From the NCBI GenBank assembly GCA_964016885.1, contig OZ024761.1, forward strand, positions 11,470,001 to 11,534,000: 64,000 nucleotides of DNA, read 5' to 3'. Numbering within the stretch: position 1 is the first letter of the stretch; each line of letters starts with the position of its first letter. The notes under the pieces were generated by a model. That model searched no databases. It worked only from the letters and a program-made list of their open reading frames with translations, and had not been told where the DNA came from. The translations under genes were made by a program, and so were the position numbers. The DNA comes from Eledone cirrhosa (lineage: Eukaryota). Below are positions 39,801-52,710 of the stretch, in pieces.

Positions 39801-42800
39801 GGTATGTCTGTCTCACTAGCTACAAATATAGTCTTGTTAGTATCTGTCTCACTAGCTACAAATATAGTCTTGTTAGTATGTCTGTCTTACTAGCTACAAA
39901 TATAGTCTTGTTAGTATCTGTCTGTCTCACTAGCTACAAATATAGTCTTGTTAGTATCTGTCTGTCTCACTAGCTACAAATATAGTCTTGTTAGTATGTC
40001 TGTCTCACTAGCTACAAATATAGTCTTGCTAGTATGTCTGTCTTACTAGCTACAAATATAGTCTTGTTAGTATCTGTCTGTCTCACTAGCTACAAATATA
40101 GTCTTGTTAGTATCTGTCTGTCTCACTAGCTACAAATATAGTCTTGTTAGTATCTGTCTGTCTCACTAGCTACAAATATAGTCTTGTTAGTATGTCTGTC
40201 TTACTAGCTACAAATATAGTCTTGTTAGTATCTGTCTCACTAGCTACAAATATAGTCTTGTTAGTATCTGTCTGTCTCACTAGCTACAAATATAGTCTTG
40301 TTAGTATCTGTCTCACTAGCTACAAATATAGTCTTGTTAGTATCTGTCTGTCTCACTAGCTACATATATAGTCTTGTTAGTATCTGTCTCATTAGCTACA
40401 AATATAGTCTTGTTAGTATGTCTGTCTCACTAGCTACAAATATAGTCTTGTTAGTATCTGTCTGTCTTACTAGCTACAAATATAGTCTTGTTAGTATCTG
40501 TCTGTCTTACTAGCTACAAATATAGTCTTGTTAGTATCTGTCTGTCTCACTAGCTACAAATATAGTCTTGTGAGTATGTCTGTCTCACTAGCTACAAATA
40601 TAGTCTCGTTAGTATCTGTCTGTCTCACTAGCTACAAATATAGTCTTGTTAGTATGTCTGTCTCACTAGCTACAAATATAGTCTTGTTAGTATCTGTCTG
40701 TCTCACTAGCTACAAATATAGTCTTGTTAGTATGTCTGTCTCACTAGCTACAAATATAGTCTTGTTAGCATGTCTGTCTTACTAGCTACAAATATAGTCT
40801 TGTTAGTATCTGTCTGTCTCACTAGCTACAAATATAGTCTTGTTAGTATCTGTCTGTCTCACTAGCTACAAATATAGTCTTGTTAGTATGTCTGTCTCAC
40901 TAGCTACAAATATAGTCTTGCTAGTATGTCTGTCTTACTAGCTACAAATATAGTCTTGTTAGTATCTGTCTGTCTCACTAGCTACAAATATAGTCTTGTT
41001 AGTATCTGTCTGTCTCACTAGCTACAAATATAGTCTTGTTGGTATCTGTCTGTCTCACTAGCTACAAATATAGTCTTGTTAGTATCTGTCTGTCTCACTA
41101 GCTACAAATATAGTCTTGTTAGTATCTGTCTGTCTCACTAGCTACAAATATAGTCTTGTTAGTATCTGTCTGTCTCACTAGCTACAAATATAGTCTTGTT
41201 AGTATCTGTCTGTCTCACTAGCTACAAATATAGTCTTGTTAGTATCTGTCTGTCTCACTAGCTACAAATATAGTCTTGTTAGTATCTGTCTGTCTCACTA
41301 GCTGCAAATATAGTCTTGTTGGTATCTGTCTGTCTCACTAGCTACAAATATAGTCTTGTTAGTATCTGTCTGTCTCACTAGCTACAAATATAGTCTTGTT
41401 AGTATCTGTCTGTCTCACTAGCTACAAATATAGTCTTGTTAGTATCTGTCTGTCTCACTAGCTACAAATATAGTCTTGTTAGTATCTGTCTGTCTCACTA
41501 GCTACAAATATAGTCTTGTTAGTATCTGTCTGTCTCACTAGCTACAAATATAGTCTTGTTAGTATCTGTCTGTCTCACTAGCTACAAATATAGTCTTGTT
41601 AGTATCTGTCTGTCTCACTAGCTGCAAATATAGTCTTGTTAGTATCTGTCTGTCTCACTAGCTACAAATATAGTCTTGTTAGTATCTGTCTGTCTCACTA
41701 GCTACATATATAGTCTTGTTAGTATGTCTGTCTCACTAGCTACAAATATAGTCTTGTTGGTATCTGTCTGTCTCACTAGCTACATATATAGTTTTGTTAG
41801 TATCTGTCTGTCTCACTAGCTACAAATATAGTCTTGTTAGTATCTGTCTGTCTCACTAGCTATAAATATAGTCTTGTTAGTATCTGTCTGTCTCACTAGC
41901 TACAAATATAGTCTTGTTAGTATCTGTCTGTCTCACTAGCTACAAATATAGTCTTGTTGGTATGTCTGTCTTACTAGCTACAAATATAGTCTTGTTGGTA
42001 TGTCTGTCTTAGTAGCTACAAATATAGTCTTGTTGGTATGTCTGTCTTACTAGCTACAAATATAGTCTTGTTAGTATCTGTCTGTCTCACTAGCTACAAA
42101 TATAGTCTTGTTAGTATGTCTGTCTTACTAGCTACAAATATAGTCTTGTTAGTATGTCTGTCTTACTAGCTACAAATATAGTCTTGTTAGTATGTCTGTC
42201 TTACTAGCTACAAATATAGTCTTGTTAGTATCTGTCTCACTAGCTACAAATATAGTCTTGTTAGTATCTGTCTGTCTCACTAGCTACAAATATAGTCTTG
42301 TTAGTATCTGTCTCACTAGCTACAAATATAGTCTTGTTAGTATCTGTCTCACTAGCTACAAATATAGTCTTGTTAGTATCTGTCTGTCTCACTAGCTACA
42401 AATATAGTCTTGTTGGTATGTCTGTCTCACTAGCTACAAATATAGTCTTGTTAGTATCTGTCTCACTAGCTACAAATATAGTCTTGTTAGTATCTGTCTG
42501 TCTCACTAGCTACATATATAGTCTTGTTAGTATCTGTCCCACTAGCTACAAATATAGTCTTGTTAGTATCTGTCTGTCTCACTAGCTACAAATATAGTCT
42601 TGTTAGTATCTGTCTGTCTCACTAGCTACAAATATAGTCTTGTTGGTATGTCTGTCTCACTAGCTACAAATATAGTCTTGTTAGTATGTCTGTCTTACTA
42701 GCTACAAATATAGTCTTGTTAGTATGTCTGTCTTACTAGCTACAAATATAGTCTTGTTAGTATGTCTGTCTTACTAGCTACAAATATAGTCTTGTTAGTA

Positions 42801-45800
42801 TCTGTCTCACTAGCTACAAATATAGTCTTGTTAGTATCTGTCTGTCTCACTAGCTACATATATAGTCTTGTTGGTATGTCTGTCTTACTAGCTACAAATA
42901 TAGTCTTGTTAGTATCTGTCTCACTAGCTACAAATATAGTCTTGTTAGTATGCCTGTCTCACTAGCTACAAATATAGTCTTGTTAGTATCTGTCTGTCTC
43001 ACTAGCTACAAATATAGTCTTGTTAGTATCTGTCTGTGTCACTAGCTACAAATATAGTCTTGTTAGTATCTGTCTGTCTCACTAGCTACAAATATAGTCT
43101 TGTTAGTATCTGTCTGTCTCACTAGCTACAAATATAGTCTTGTTAGTATCTGTCTCACTAGCTACAAATATAGTCTTGTTAGTATGTCTGCCTTACTAGC
43201 TACAAATATAGTCTTGTTAGTATCTGTCTGTCTCACTAGCTACAAATATAGTCTTGTTGGTATGTCTGTCTGTCTCACTAGCTACAAATATAGTCTTGTT
43301 AGTATCTGTCTGTCTCACTAGCTACATATATAGTCTTGTTAGTATGTCTGTCTTACTAGCTACAAATATAGTCTTGTTGGTATGTCTGTCTCACTAGCTA
43401 CAAATATAGTCTTGTTAGTATCTGTCTCACTAGCTACAAATATAGTCTTGTTAGTATGTCTGTCTCACTAGCTACAAATATAGTCTTGTTAGTATCTGTC
43501 TGTCTCACTAGCTACAAATATAGTCTTGTTAGTATGTCTGTCTCACTAGCTACAAATATAGTCTTGTTAGTATGTCTGTCTTACTAGCTACAAATATAGT
43601 CTTGTTAGTATGTCTGTCTTACTAGCTACAACTATAGTCTTGTTAGTATCTGTCTGTCTCACTAGCTACATATATAGTCTTGTTAGTATCTGTCTGTCTC
43701 ACTAGCTACAAATATAGTCTTGTTAGTATGTCTGTCTTACTAGCTACAAATATAGTCTTGTTGGTATGTCTGTCTCACTAGCTCCAAATATAGTCTTGTT
43801 AGTATCTGTCTGTCTCACTAGCTACAAATATAGTCTTGTTGGTATGTCTGTCTCACTAGCTACAAATATAGTCTTGTTAGTATCTGTCCCACTAGCTACA
43901 AATATAGTCTTGTTAGTATGTCTGTATTACTAGCTACAAATATAGTCTTGTTAGTATCTGTCTGTCTCACTAGCTACAAATATAGTCTTGTTAGTATCTG
44001 TCTGTCTCACTAGCTACAAATATAGTCTTGTTAGTATGTCTGTCTCACTAGCTACAAATATAGTCTTGTTGGTATGTCTGTCTCACTAGCTACAAATATA
44101 GTCTTGTTAGTATCTGTCTCACTAGCTACAAATATAGTCTTGTTAGTATCTGTCTGTCTCACTAGCTACATATATAGTCTTGTTGGTATCTGTCTGTCTC
44201 ACTAGCTACAAATATAGTCTTGTTAGTATCTGTCTCACTAGCTACAAATATAGTCTTGTTAGTATGTCTGTCTCACTAGCTACAAATATAGTCTTGTTAG
44301 TATCTGTCTGTCTCACTAGCTACAAATATAGTCTTGTTAGTATGTCTGTCTCACTAGCTACAAATATAGTCTTGTTAGTATGTCTGTCTCACTAGCTACA
44401 AATATAGTCTTGTTAGTATGTCTGTCTTACTAGCTACAAATATAGTCTTGTTGGTATGTCTGTCTCACTAGCTACAAATATAGTCTTGTTAGTATCTGTC
44501 TCACTAGCTACAAATATAGTCTTGTTAGTATGTCTGTCTCACTAGCTACAAATATAGTCTTGTTAGTATCTGTCTGTCTCACTAGCTACAAATATAGTCT
44601 TGTTAGTATGTCTGTCTCACTAGCTACAAATATAGTCTTGTTAGTATGTCTGTCTTACTAGCTACAAATATAGTCTTGTTAGTATGTCTGTCTTACTAGC
44701 TACAAATATAGTCTTGTTAGTATCTGTCTGTCTCACTAGCTACATATATAGTCTTGTTAGTATCTGTCCCACTAGCTACAAATATAGTCTTGTTAGTATC
44801 TGTCTGTCTCACTAGCTACAAATATAGTCTTGTTAGTATGTCTGTCTTACTAGCTACAAATATAGTCTTGTTGGTATGTCTGTCTCACTAGCTCCAAATA
44901 TAGTCTTGTTAGTATCTGTCTGTCTCACTAGCTACAAATATAGTCTTGTTGGTATGTCTGTCTCACTAGCTACAAATATAGTCTTGTTAGTATCTGTCTC
45001 ACTAGCTACAAATATAGTCTTGTTAGTATGTCTGTCTTACTAGCTACAAATATAGTCTTGTTAGTATCTGTCTGTCTCACTAGCTACAAATATAGTCTTG
45101 TTAGTATCTGTCTGTCTCACTAGCTACAAATATAGTCTTGTTAGTATGTCTGGCTCACTAGCAACAAATATAGTCTTGTTGGTATGTCTGTCTCACTAGC
45201 TACAAATATAGTCTTGTTAGTATCTGTCTCACTAGCTACAAATATAGTCTTGTTAGTATCTGTCTGTCTCACTAGCTACATATATAGTCTTGTTGGTATC
45301 CGTCTGTCTCACTAGCTACAAATATAGTCTTGTTAGTATCTGTCTCACTAGCTACAAATATAGTCTTGTTAGTATGTCTGTCTCACTAGCTACAAATATA
45401 GTCTTGTTAGTATCTGTCTGTCTCACTAGCTACAAATATAGTCTTGTTAGTATGTCTGTCTCACTAGCTACAAATATAGTCTTGTTAGTATGTCTGTCTC
45501 ACTAGCTACAAATATAGTCTTGTTAGTATCTGTCTGTCTCACTAGCTACAAATATAGTCTTGTTAGTATGTCTGTCTCACTAGCTACAAATATAGTCTTG
45601 TTAGTATCTGTCTGTCTCATTAGCTACAAATATAGTCTTGTTAGTATCTGTCTGTCTCACTAGCTACATATATAGTCTTGTTAGTATGTCTGTCTCACTA
45701 GCTACAAATATAGTCTTGTTGGTATCTGTCTGTCTCACTAGCTACATATATAGTCTTGTTAGTATCTGTCTGTCTCACTAGCTACAAATATAGTCTTGTT

Positions 45801-47006
45801 AGTATCTGTCTGTCTCACTAGCTACAAATATAGTCTTGTTAGTATCTGTCTTTCTCACTAGCTACATATATAGTCTTGTTAGTATCTGTCTGTCTCACTA
45901 GCTACAAATATAGTCTTGTTAGTATCTGTCTGTCTCACTAGCTACAAATATAGTCTTGTTAGTATCTGTCTGTCTCACTAGCTACAAATATAGTCTTGTT
46001 AGTATCTGTCTGTCTCACTAGCTACAAATATAGTCTTGTTAGTATCTGTCTGTCTCACTAGCTACAAATATAGTCTTGTTAGCATCTGTCTGTCTCACTA
46101 GCTACAAATATAGTCTTGTTAGTATCTGTCTGTCTCACTAGCTACATATATAGTCTTGTTAGTATCTGTCTGTCTCACTAGCTACAAATGTAGTCTTGTT
46201 AGTATCTGTCTGTCTCACTAGCTACAAATATAGTCTTGTTAGTATCTGTCTGTCTCACTAGCTACAAATATAGTCTTGTTAGTATCTGTCTGTCTCACTA
46301 GCTACAAATATAGTCTTGTTGGTATCTGTCTGTCTCACTAGCTACAAATATAGTCTTGTTCGATCTGTCTGTCTCACTAGCTACAAATATAGTCTTGTTA
46401 GTATCTGTCTCACTAGCTACAAATATAGTCTTGTTAGTATGACTGTCTCACTAGCTACAAATATAGTCATGTTCGATCTGTCTGTCTCACTAGCTACAAA
46501 TATAGTCTTGTTAGTATCTGTCTGTCTCACTAGCTACAAATATAGTCTTGTTAGTATCTGTCTCACTAGCTACAAATATAGTCTTGTTAGTATGTCTGTC
46601 TCACTAGCTACAAATATAGTCATGTTAGTATGTCTGTCTTACTAGCTACAAATATAGTCTTGTTAGTATCTGTCTGTCTCACTAGCTACAAATATAGTCT
46701 TGTTAGTATCTGTCTCACTAGCTACAAATATAGTCTTGTTAGTATCTGTCTCACTAGCTACAAATATAGTCTTGTTAGTATCTGTCTGTCTCACTAGCTA
46801 CAAATATAGTCTTGTTAGTATCTGTCTGTCTCACTAGCTACAAATATAGTCTTGTTAGTATCTGTCTCACTAGCTACAAATATAGTCTTGTTAGTATCTG
46901 TCTGTCTCACTAGCTACAAATATAGTCTTGTTAGTATCTGTCTGTCTCACTAGCTACAAATATAGTCTTGTTAGTATCTGTCTCACTAGCTACAAATATA
47001 GTCTTG
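33819..47006. repeat. 36/38/40-bp satellite (tagctacaaatatagtcttgttagtat[ct][gtct]gtctcac), ~13.2 kb
   Basis: Directly visible; the three length variants differ in the (gtct) tract. Confidence 0.99.
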
Positions 47007-47231
47007 CATGCATGACAGCACAAATTTAGTCAACATAATATTAAACTGTTTACCTCAGGACATTATATCCAGTGCAATTACCCAGTGCATTACTAATAAA
47101 GTACCAGTAATGCACTGGGGGTAATTGCTGGCCTTGTGCCAAAAGTAAAAACAATTATTATTGTTATTTTTACGTCGACTTTTTCATGCTGGCTTTGATT
47201 CGATGGGAATTTTTGAGTCAATGTTTCAGTA

Positions 47232-47492
47232 AACTCTTATATCACAGTGATTTCTAGTGGACCTGTTCTAGATACACAGCCAAAGAAATGTCAAGTCAAC
47301 TCTTATAACACAGTGATTTCTAGTGGACCTGTTCTAGATACACAGCCAAAGAAATGTCAAGTCAACTCTTATATCACAGTGATTTCTAGTGGACCTGTTC
47401 TAGATACACAGCCAAAGAAATGTCAAGTCAACTCTTATATCACAGTGATTTCTAGTGGACCTGTTCTAGATACACAGCCAAAGAAATGTCAA
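47232..47492. repeat. 66-bp tandem repeat, 4 copies
   Basis: Repeated aactcttatatcacagtgatttctagtggacctgttctagatacacagccaaagaaatgtcaagtc. Confidence 0.93.
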
Positions 47493-47547
47493 TGAAAATA
47501 AAAACTATAGTGATATCAATCCTTATTCCAAAAGTAGTATATATATA

Positions 47548-48365
47548 TCTCTCTAAAAATGAAAGGCAGGCTGTATGATGCCTGCACATGAACAGCAATG
47601 TTACATGGCAGTGAGACTTGGGCATTGTGTGCAGAGGATATACGCAGACTGGAGAGGAACGAAGCTTGCATGCTCCGCTGGATGTGTAATAGTAATATAC
47701 GTGAACGGCAAAGCATAAATGAACTAAGGGGAATAAGAGGAATCAGATGTTGTTTACTCGAGAGAAGACTACGTTGGTATGGTCACGTGATGCGCATGAA
47801 AGACAGCTGTATAAAAAAGTGCAGGGCGATCAAAATAGACGGTAGCCACGGAGTAGGCAGACCCAGAAAAACCTGGGATGACTTGATAAATTCCGACCTC
47901 ACACACTTACACCTCTCCAAGACAATATCACTGGACCGAGATCTTTGGCGCTACACAGTAATACAGAAGACCCGCCTTGCCTAAGTACAAAGCGAAACCT
48001 ACAGTCAGTAGGCACCTCTAACAAAAGTACACCCTTGTCCCACCCCCCCCACCCCATCCACACCACCCCTTTCAATGTGAAGTTATGTTGGTACCACAAC
48101 ATCCAGTCCGAAACAAATGAGGTTGTGTAGGTGTCACGACAAAAAAACACACAGTCCACGCTGTAATGTGGCTGTGTAGGCAACACAGTAAAAACCTCCC
48201 AGTCCACACTGTAAACGTGGTTGGTGTTAGGAAGGGCATCCAGCCGTAGAAAACCCGCCAGACACTTCTATACGAGCGAGACAACCAATCTTGCCTCAAG
48301 TGGGAAAACTCCCGTCCAAACCCATGCTAGCGTGGGAGATGGACGTTAAACGATGATGATGATGA
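47548..48365 (+). mobile_element. 5'-truncated RTE LINE, same family as 6582-8714
   Basis: SLKMKGRLYDAC…LHGSETWALCAEDIRRLERNEAC…GRPRKTW, then 3' UTR and (GAT)n tail; TA-rich flanks. Confidence 0.95.
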
Positions 48366-48684
48366 TATATAAGACAGTAATCTTGTGAACAAATATCGTC
48401 CGCACCCTGTATATATATACTCACCCAGGTCGGATGGTCTGTGTCTCTCTCTCCTCGTCTATGATTTCACCGAACTTAAGTTCATAGATATCACGGGCTT
48501 GTTTCTCCTCTTCCTCTCTTTCCGTTGCATCACCATCTCTGTTTGTTTACATGTCTCGCTCGCTTCGCCCTATTTTACGTGTCCCAATAACCAGAGGTAT
48601 ATGATCTTTAATGCGAAGAAATACCAATGACGGTTGGAAGATCACTGATGAAGGACTAATTTTATTCATATATATATATGTATA

Positions 48685-48722
<38 letters not shown>

Positions 48723-48840
48723 AAGGTGTGTGGCTGAGTGGTTAGAGAATTGGATTCGCAATCGTAAGGTTGTGAGTTCGATTCCTGGACCAGGCGATGC
48801 GTTATGTCCTTGAGCAAGACACTTTATTTCACGTTGCTCC
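48723..48840 (+). mobile_element. CORE-type SINE head (truncated)
   Basis: tggctgagtggttagag…gagttcgattcc…ccttgagcaagacactttatttcacgttgctcc. Confidence 0.8.
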
Positions 48841-49202
48841 TTCTACCTGGAGTTGCGACCGATAGATAGTATTAGCAATTGGAAAGACCAACGGAAACAT
48901 TGTTTCCTCGGTCCGATTTGACGAAAGTCGATCGTTCCTTCATATATAGATAGATAGATAGATATATATAAGACAGTAATCTTGCGAACAAATATCGTCC
49001 GCACCCTGTATATATATATTTATATACAATATATTAACAAATGGAAACTATATTTATTTTATTATACATATTTCAAGGGCCACCAAGGCAGATTATGGTG
49101 CGCTTTCATCAGATAAAATATAATACAGATTAGTTTTATAAATAAATATTGACATACCCTGAAAAAATGCAAACTTAACGGTTGGAGCTTCCTGGATAGC
49201 TT

Positions 49203-49273
<71 letters not shown>

Positions 49274-49469
49274 ATAATAATAAATTTGAAGACTAAAATC
49301 CAAAGAGGGTTCGATAAGGATAAATATATATCAAATATATAAGAACCGTAGAGCAAAAATTTATTAAAATAACAGATTAAAGTTTAAGCAATTACAGATT
49401 GACTTTGTTAGTTTCAGAAGATCCCGTTAAGTGTGAAAGCAGCGATTCTTTGCTTAAACTTTAATATAT

Positions 49470-49573
49470 AGGAGGGACCGTGACGAGTGGAGAGATGCTG
49501 TGCTGAATAAGACCCGTTCCACCCTTGCAAGCAGGGAAAAGCGGACGTAAAATGATGATGATGATGATGATGA
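49470..49573 (+). mobile_element. 3' end of a second RTE subfamily; also at 61921-62024 (+) and 52830-53100 (-)
   Basis: gaccgtgac…tggagagatgctgtgctgaata…cccttgcaagcagggaaaagcggacgtaaaa(tga)n; the 52830-53100 copy encodes GHVVRM…RGRPRKTW. Confidence 0.8.
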
Positions 49574-50034
49574 TAAACGGAAATTTCCGTTTATCGTTTT
49601 CGGTGCGCCCGGCCGATTAATTCACTCGATATGCAAATTAGGCTGTTCAGCCGTTAATATGCATAAGGAAAGTATATACTTTCAGATGTTCAATCATCTG
49701 GCAGGAAGGTATACAGTGCTGACGATAGCTAATAAGCTTGAAACTAGTACAGCGTTCCTTTGTCAGTGTTGAACAAATGAGCAACGATGGTTGCTAGACA
49801 CTGTACGGCTTAATTCGGGATGTTTGTTTACAAACACACTGAGCATTATAATAAATGTTCGGTGAATCCATACGTACATATATATATATGTGTGCATGTA
49901 TGTATATATATACATACTACTGTACGTCTGTATACATATATGTATGTACGTATACATACTTATATATATATATATATACAGTTCATGTAAGTTTACAGAG
50001 ATACAAACAGAGATATAGCATACCTATTCTAAAC

Positions 50035-50075
<41 letters not shown>

Positions 50076-50078
<3 letters not shown>

Positions 50079-50272
50079 GGTTTGGTTGAAAAGTTCATAG
50101 GCTGACCAAGATACTCTCATGGAATGATCAAATGAGGTTTATTTTTCAACATAGTCCCTGGAAATAAACAATGCAGTTATTAATAAGAAGAGTTGAAATT
50201 AATGAATGCAAGATTTCACAGCTCTAGCATTACTCCTTCATAGTCAGCCTGTGAACTTTTCAGCCGACATAT
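50076..50272. mobile_element. Tc1/mariner-type MITE; solo end at ~3235-3280
   Basis: Inverted termini ggttgaaaagttcataggctgac / gtcagcctgtgaacttttcagcc. Confidence 0.7.
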
Positions 50273-50279
50273 GACTGAG

Positions 50280-50470
50280 GGCTGTGGATTGGCAGTATCG
50301 GTAGAGGGTCGGACGCCATGCTTTGCAGCATAGAGTTACGGCCCTTTATGGTCTGAATTCAAATCCCGCAAGGTTAACTTTGCCTTTCATCCTTATGGGA
50401 GTCGATAAAATAAAGTACCAGTAATACACTGAGGTAATTGCTGGCCTTGTGCCAAAAGTATAAAAAATTA
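50280..50470 (+). mobile_element. tRNA-derived SINE (Meta-like)
   Basis: Same family as 18221-18412. Confidence 0.85.
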
Positions 50471-51000
50471 TATGACTGAGGAAAACCTGGGCTGAAGTGT
50501 CAGGAGCTGATTTCAAATTCCTCAACCTTAACAGTGGAGGGGACAAAGGTACACGGCAGGGAGAGAGCGAGAGGGGGAGGGAGAGAGAAAGGGACTAGGC
50601 TGGAAAAGATCCCTCAAACTTATGCAAGCATGGAAAGATGGATGTAAAATAGTGATGATGATTTATGTATCTTTCTCAGCACACACACACACGCACACGT
50701 ACACACATACACACACACGTACACACATACACGTACACACACACACACATACACATACACACAAACACGTACACATACACATACACACACATACGTACAC
50801 ACACACACATACACGGCCGAGTGAATTCTGGAAAGTTCTTGATTTAACCCATTTCCTAATTTGATTTTCCACCCCACCCCTCCCCCTCATACACCCTCCC
50901 CCCTCATACACCCCTCCCCCAACTCATCATTACTGACTCATTACTATATTTGGAAAGTTTGTTTGACAACCAGATTAGCGAACACTTCATTCCATCTTGG

Positions 51001-51043
51001 TGCTGTTGCTGTTGTTGTTGCTGTTGCTGTTGTTGTTGCTGCT

Positions 51044-51074
<31 letters not shown>

Positions 51075-51077
51075 TTG

Positions 51078-51122
<45 letters not shown>

Positions 51123-51135
51123 TTGTTGTTGCTGT

Positions 51136-51220
<85 letters not shown>

Positions 51221-51252
51221 ATTGTTGTTGCTGTTGTTGCTGTTGCTATTGT

Positions 51253-51284
<32 letters not shown>

Positions 51285-51316
51285 CTGTTGTTGTTGTTGC
51301 TTTTGTTGCTGTTGTT
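51001..51316. repeat. (TGC/TGT)n trinucleotide microsatellite, intronic
   Basis: Directly visible. Confidence 0.95.
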
Positions 51317-51404
51317 TTCTTTCCAAAATATTCCAACTGCTTCATAACCAGTCATCCATGTTGGACCAATCAGTTATATCACTATCACCATCCCCATGAC
51401 ATTC

Positions 51405-51435
<31 letters not shown>

Positions 51436-51491
51436 CAAATCAATCTCTCTCTTTCTCTCAAGATGTCACTCTCACTCTCTCCTCATTGCAG

Positions 51492-51640
51492 AAATTGTTT
51501 GTTCCGTGCTCTTGGGGACCAGCTAGAAGGCCATGGTCGGAACCACTACTGCCACCGGTTAAAAGTTGTTGAATACATGTTAAAAAACAAGAAGGACTTC
51601 GCCCCATTTGTTGAAGACAACATACAGTTTGAACATTATT
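51492..51640 (+). CDS. OTUD3: OTUD3-like deubiquitinase exon (OTU domain, catalytic Cys)
   Basis: cag|A AAT TGT…TAT T|gtaagt encodes [49 protein letters not shown]; [14 protein letters not shown] is OTUD3-typical. Confidence 0.93.
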
Positions 51641-51679
51641 GTAAGTTATTGTTAACTTTATATATTGAAAGGGTCAAGA

Positions 51680-52230
51680 GAACCCTTTTTTTGTGTCAGA
51701 CATGATAAACTCCCTACAATAGAAACACAATAAATACACCCAGTACACTCTGTAAAGTGGTTGATGATAGGAAGGGCATCCAGCGGTAGAAAGCTTGCCA
51801 ACTAAAGGGTCAGGAAGACCCTTCTTTTGTATCAAACATGATAAACTCTCTACAATAAAAACACAATGAATACACCCAGTACACTCTGTAAAGTGGTTGA
51901 TGATAGGAAGGGTATCCAGCCGTAGAAAGCTTGCCAACTAAAGGGTTAGGAAAACTCTTCTTTTGTATCAAACACGATAAACTCCCTAGTGTTTGTGATC
52001 TAGACGATAAATACACCCAGTACACTCTGTAAAGTGGTTGATGATAGGAAGGGTATCCAACCGTAGAAAGCTTGCCAACTAAAGGGTCAGGAAGACTCTT
52101 CTTTTGTGTCAAACACGATAAACTCCCTACAATAAATACACCCAGTACACTCTGTACAGTGGTTGATGATAGGAAGGGTATCCAGCTGTAGAAAGCTTGC
52201 CAACTAAAGGGTCAGGAGGACCCTTTAGTT
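51680..52230. repeat. ~4 tandem copies of a 130-145-bp retroelement-tail-derived unit
   Basis: Repeated cacccagtacactctgtaaagtggttgatgataggaagggtatccagccgtagaaagcttgccaactaaagggtcagg. Confidence 0.85.
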
Positions 52231-52489
52231 GTGTCAAAGACACCACAACCTCTCCTGTGCTGGAGATCTACACTATAAGTGTACCCAGAACACCCTGTAA
52301 AATGATTGCTGATAGGAAGGGGTTGGGAGAAGCCATCACCTGTGTGAGAGACATGACAATCTCTCTAGTGCATCAGTTGTTAGCTATCAGGACACTGCAT
52401 CCTTCAAAACTTCCATGCTTCTTGAAATTCGTCAACACTACATCTGATATTACCCCACTATACACATGCAAGCATGTATCTGTGTATAA

Positions 52490-52710
52490 CCCTTTAGCAT
52501 TTACATTACTTTACATTTACTATTGTATTTTCATGTAAAAGGCTTTACCTTACATAATTATCTCACATAATATCGAATCTATGAGATTTTGATATTATTT
52601 ATTTTGAGAACACTACCTATACATCAGTATGAGTGGCCAGTTACAGCTGGTTTGAACAGAAAGAGGTGAGAGAATTCTGGCCAGATATGGCCGGTTTAAA
52701 TACTAAAGGG
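52490..52710 (-). mobile_element. piggyBac-type MITE nested in a retroelement tail
   Basis: ccctttagcatttac…taaatactaaaggg-ttaa. Confidence 0.85.

Noticed and set aside
19735-47006. CRISPR-like 31-40-bp repeats
   Set aside because: Head-to-tail monomers with no unique spacers, no cas genes, and a eukaryotic context.
48645-48660. ctgatga hammerhead ribozyme core
   Set aside because: No matching GAAA strand or helices nearby.
49376-49465. 16-bp perfect inverted repeat around ~58 bp
   Set aside because: AT-rich and single copy in the window; could be a tiny MITE or chance.
50861-51526. Poly-Ala/Cys/Leu ORFs as the OTUD3 N-terminus
   Set aside because: Trinucleotide microsatellite; a proper acceptor lies at 51490-51491.
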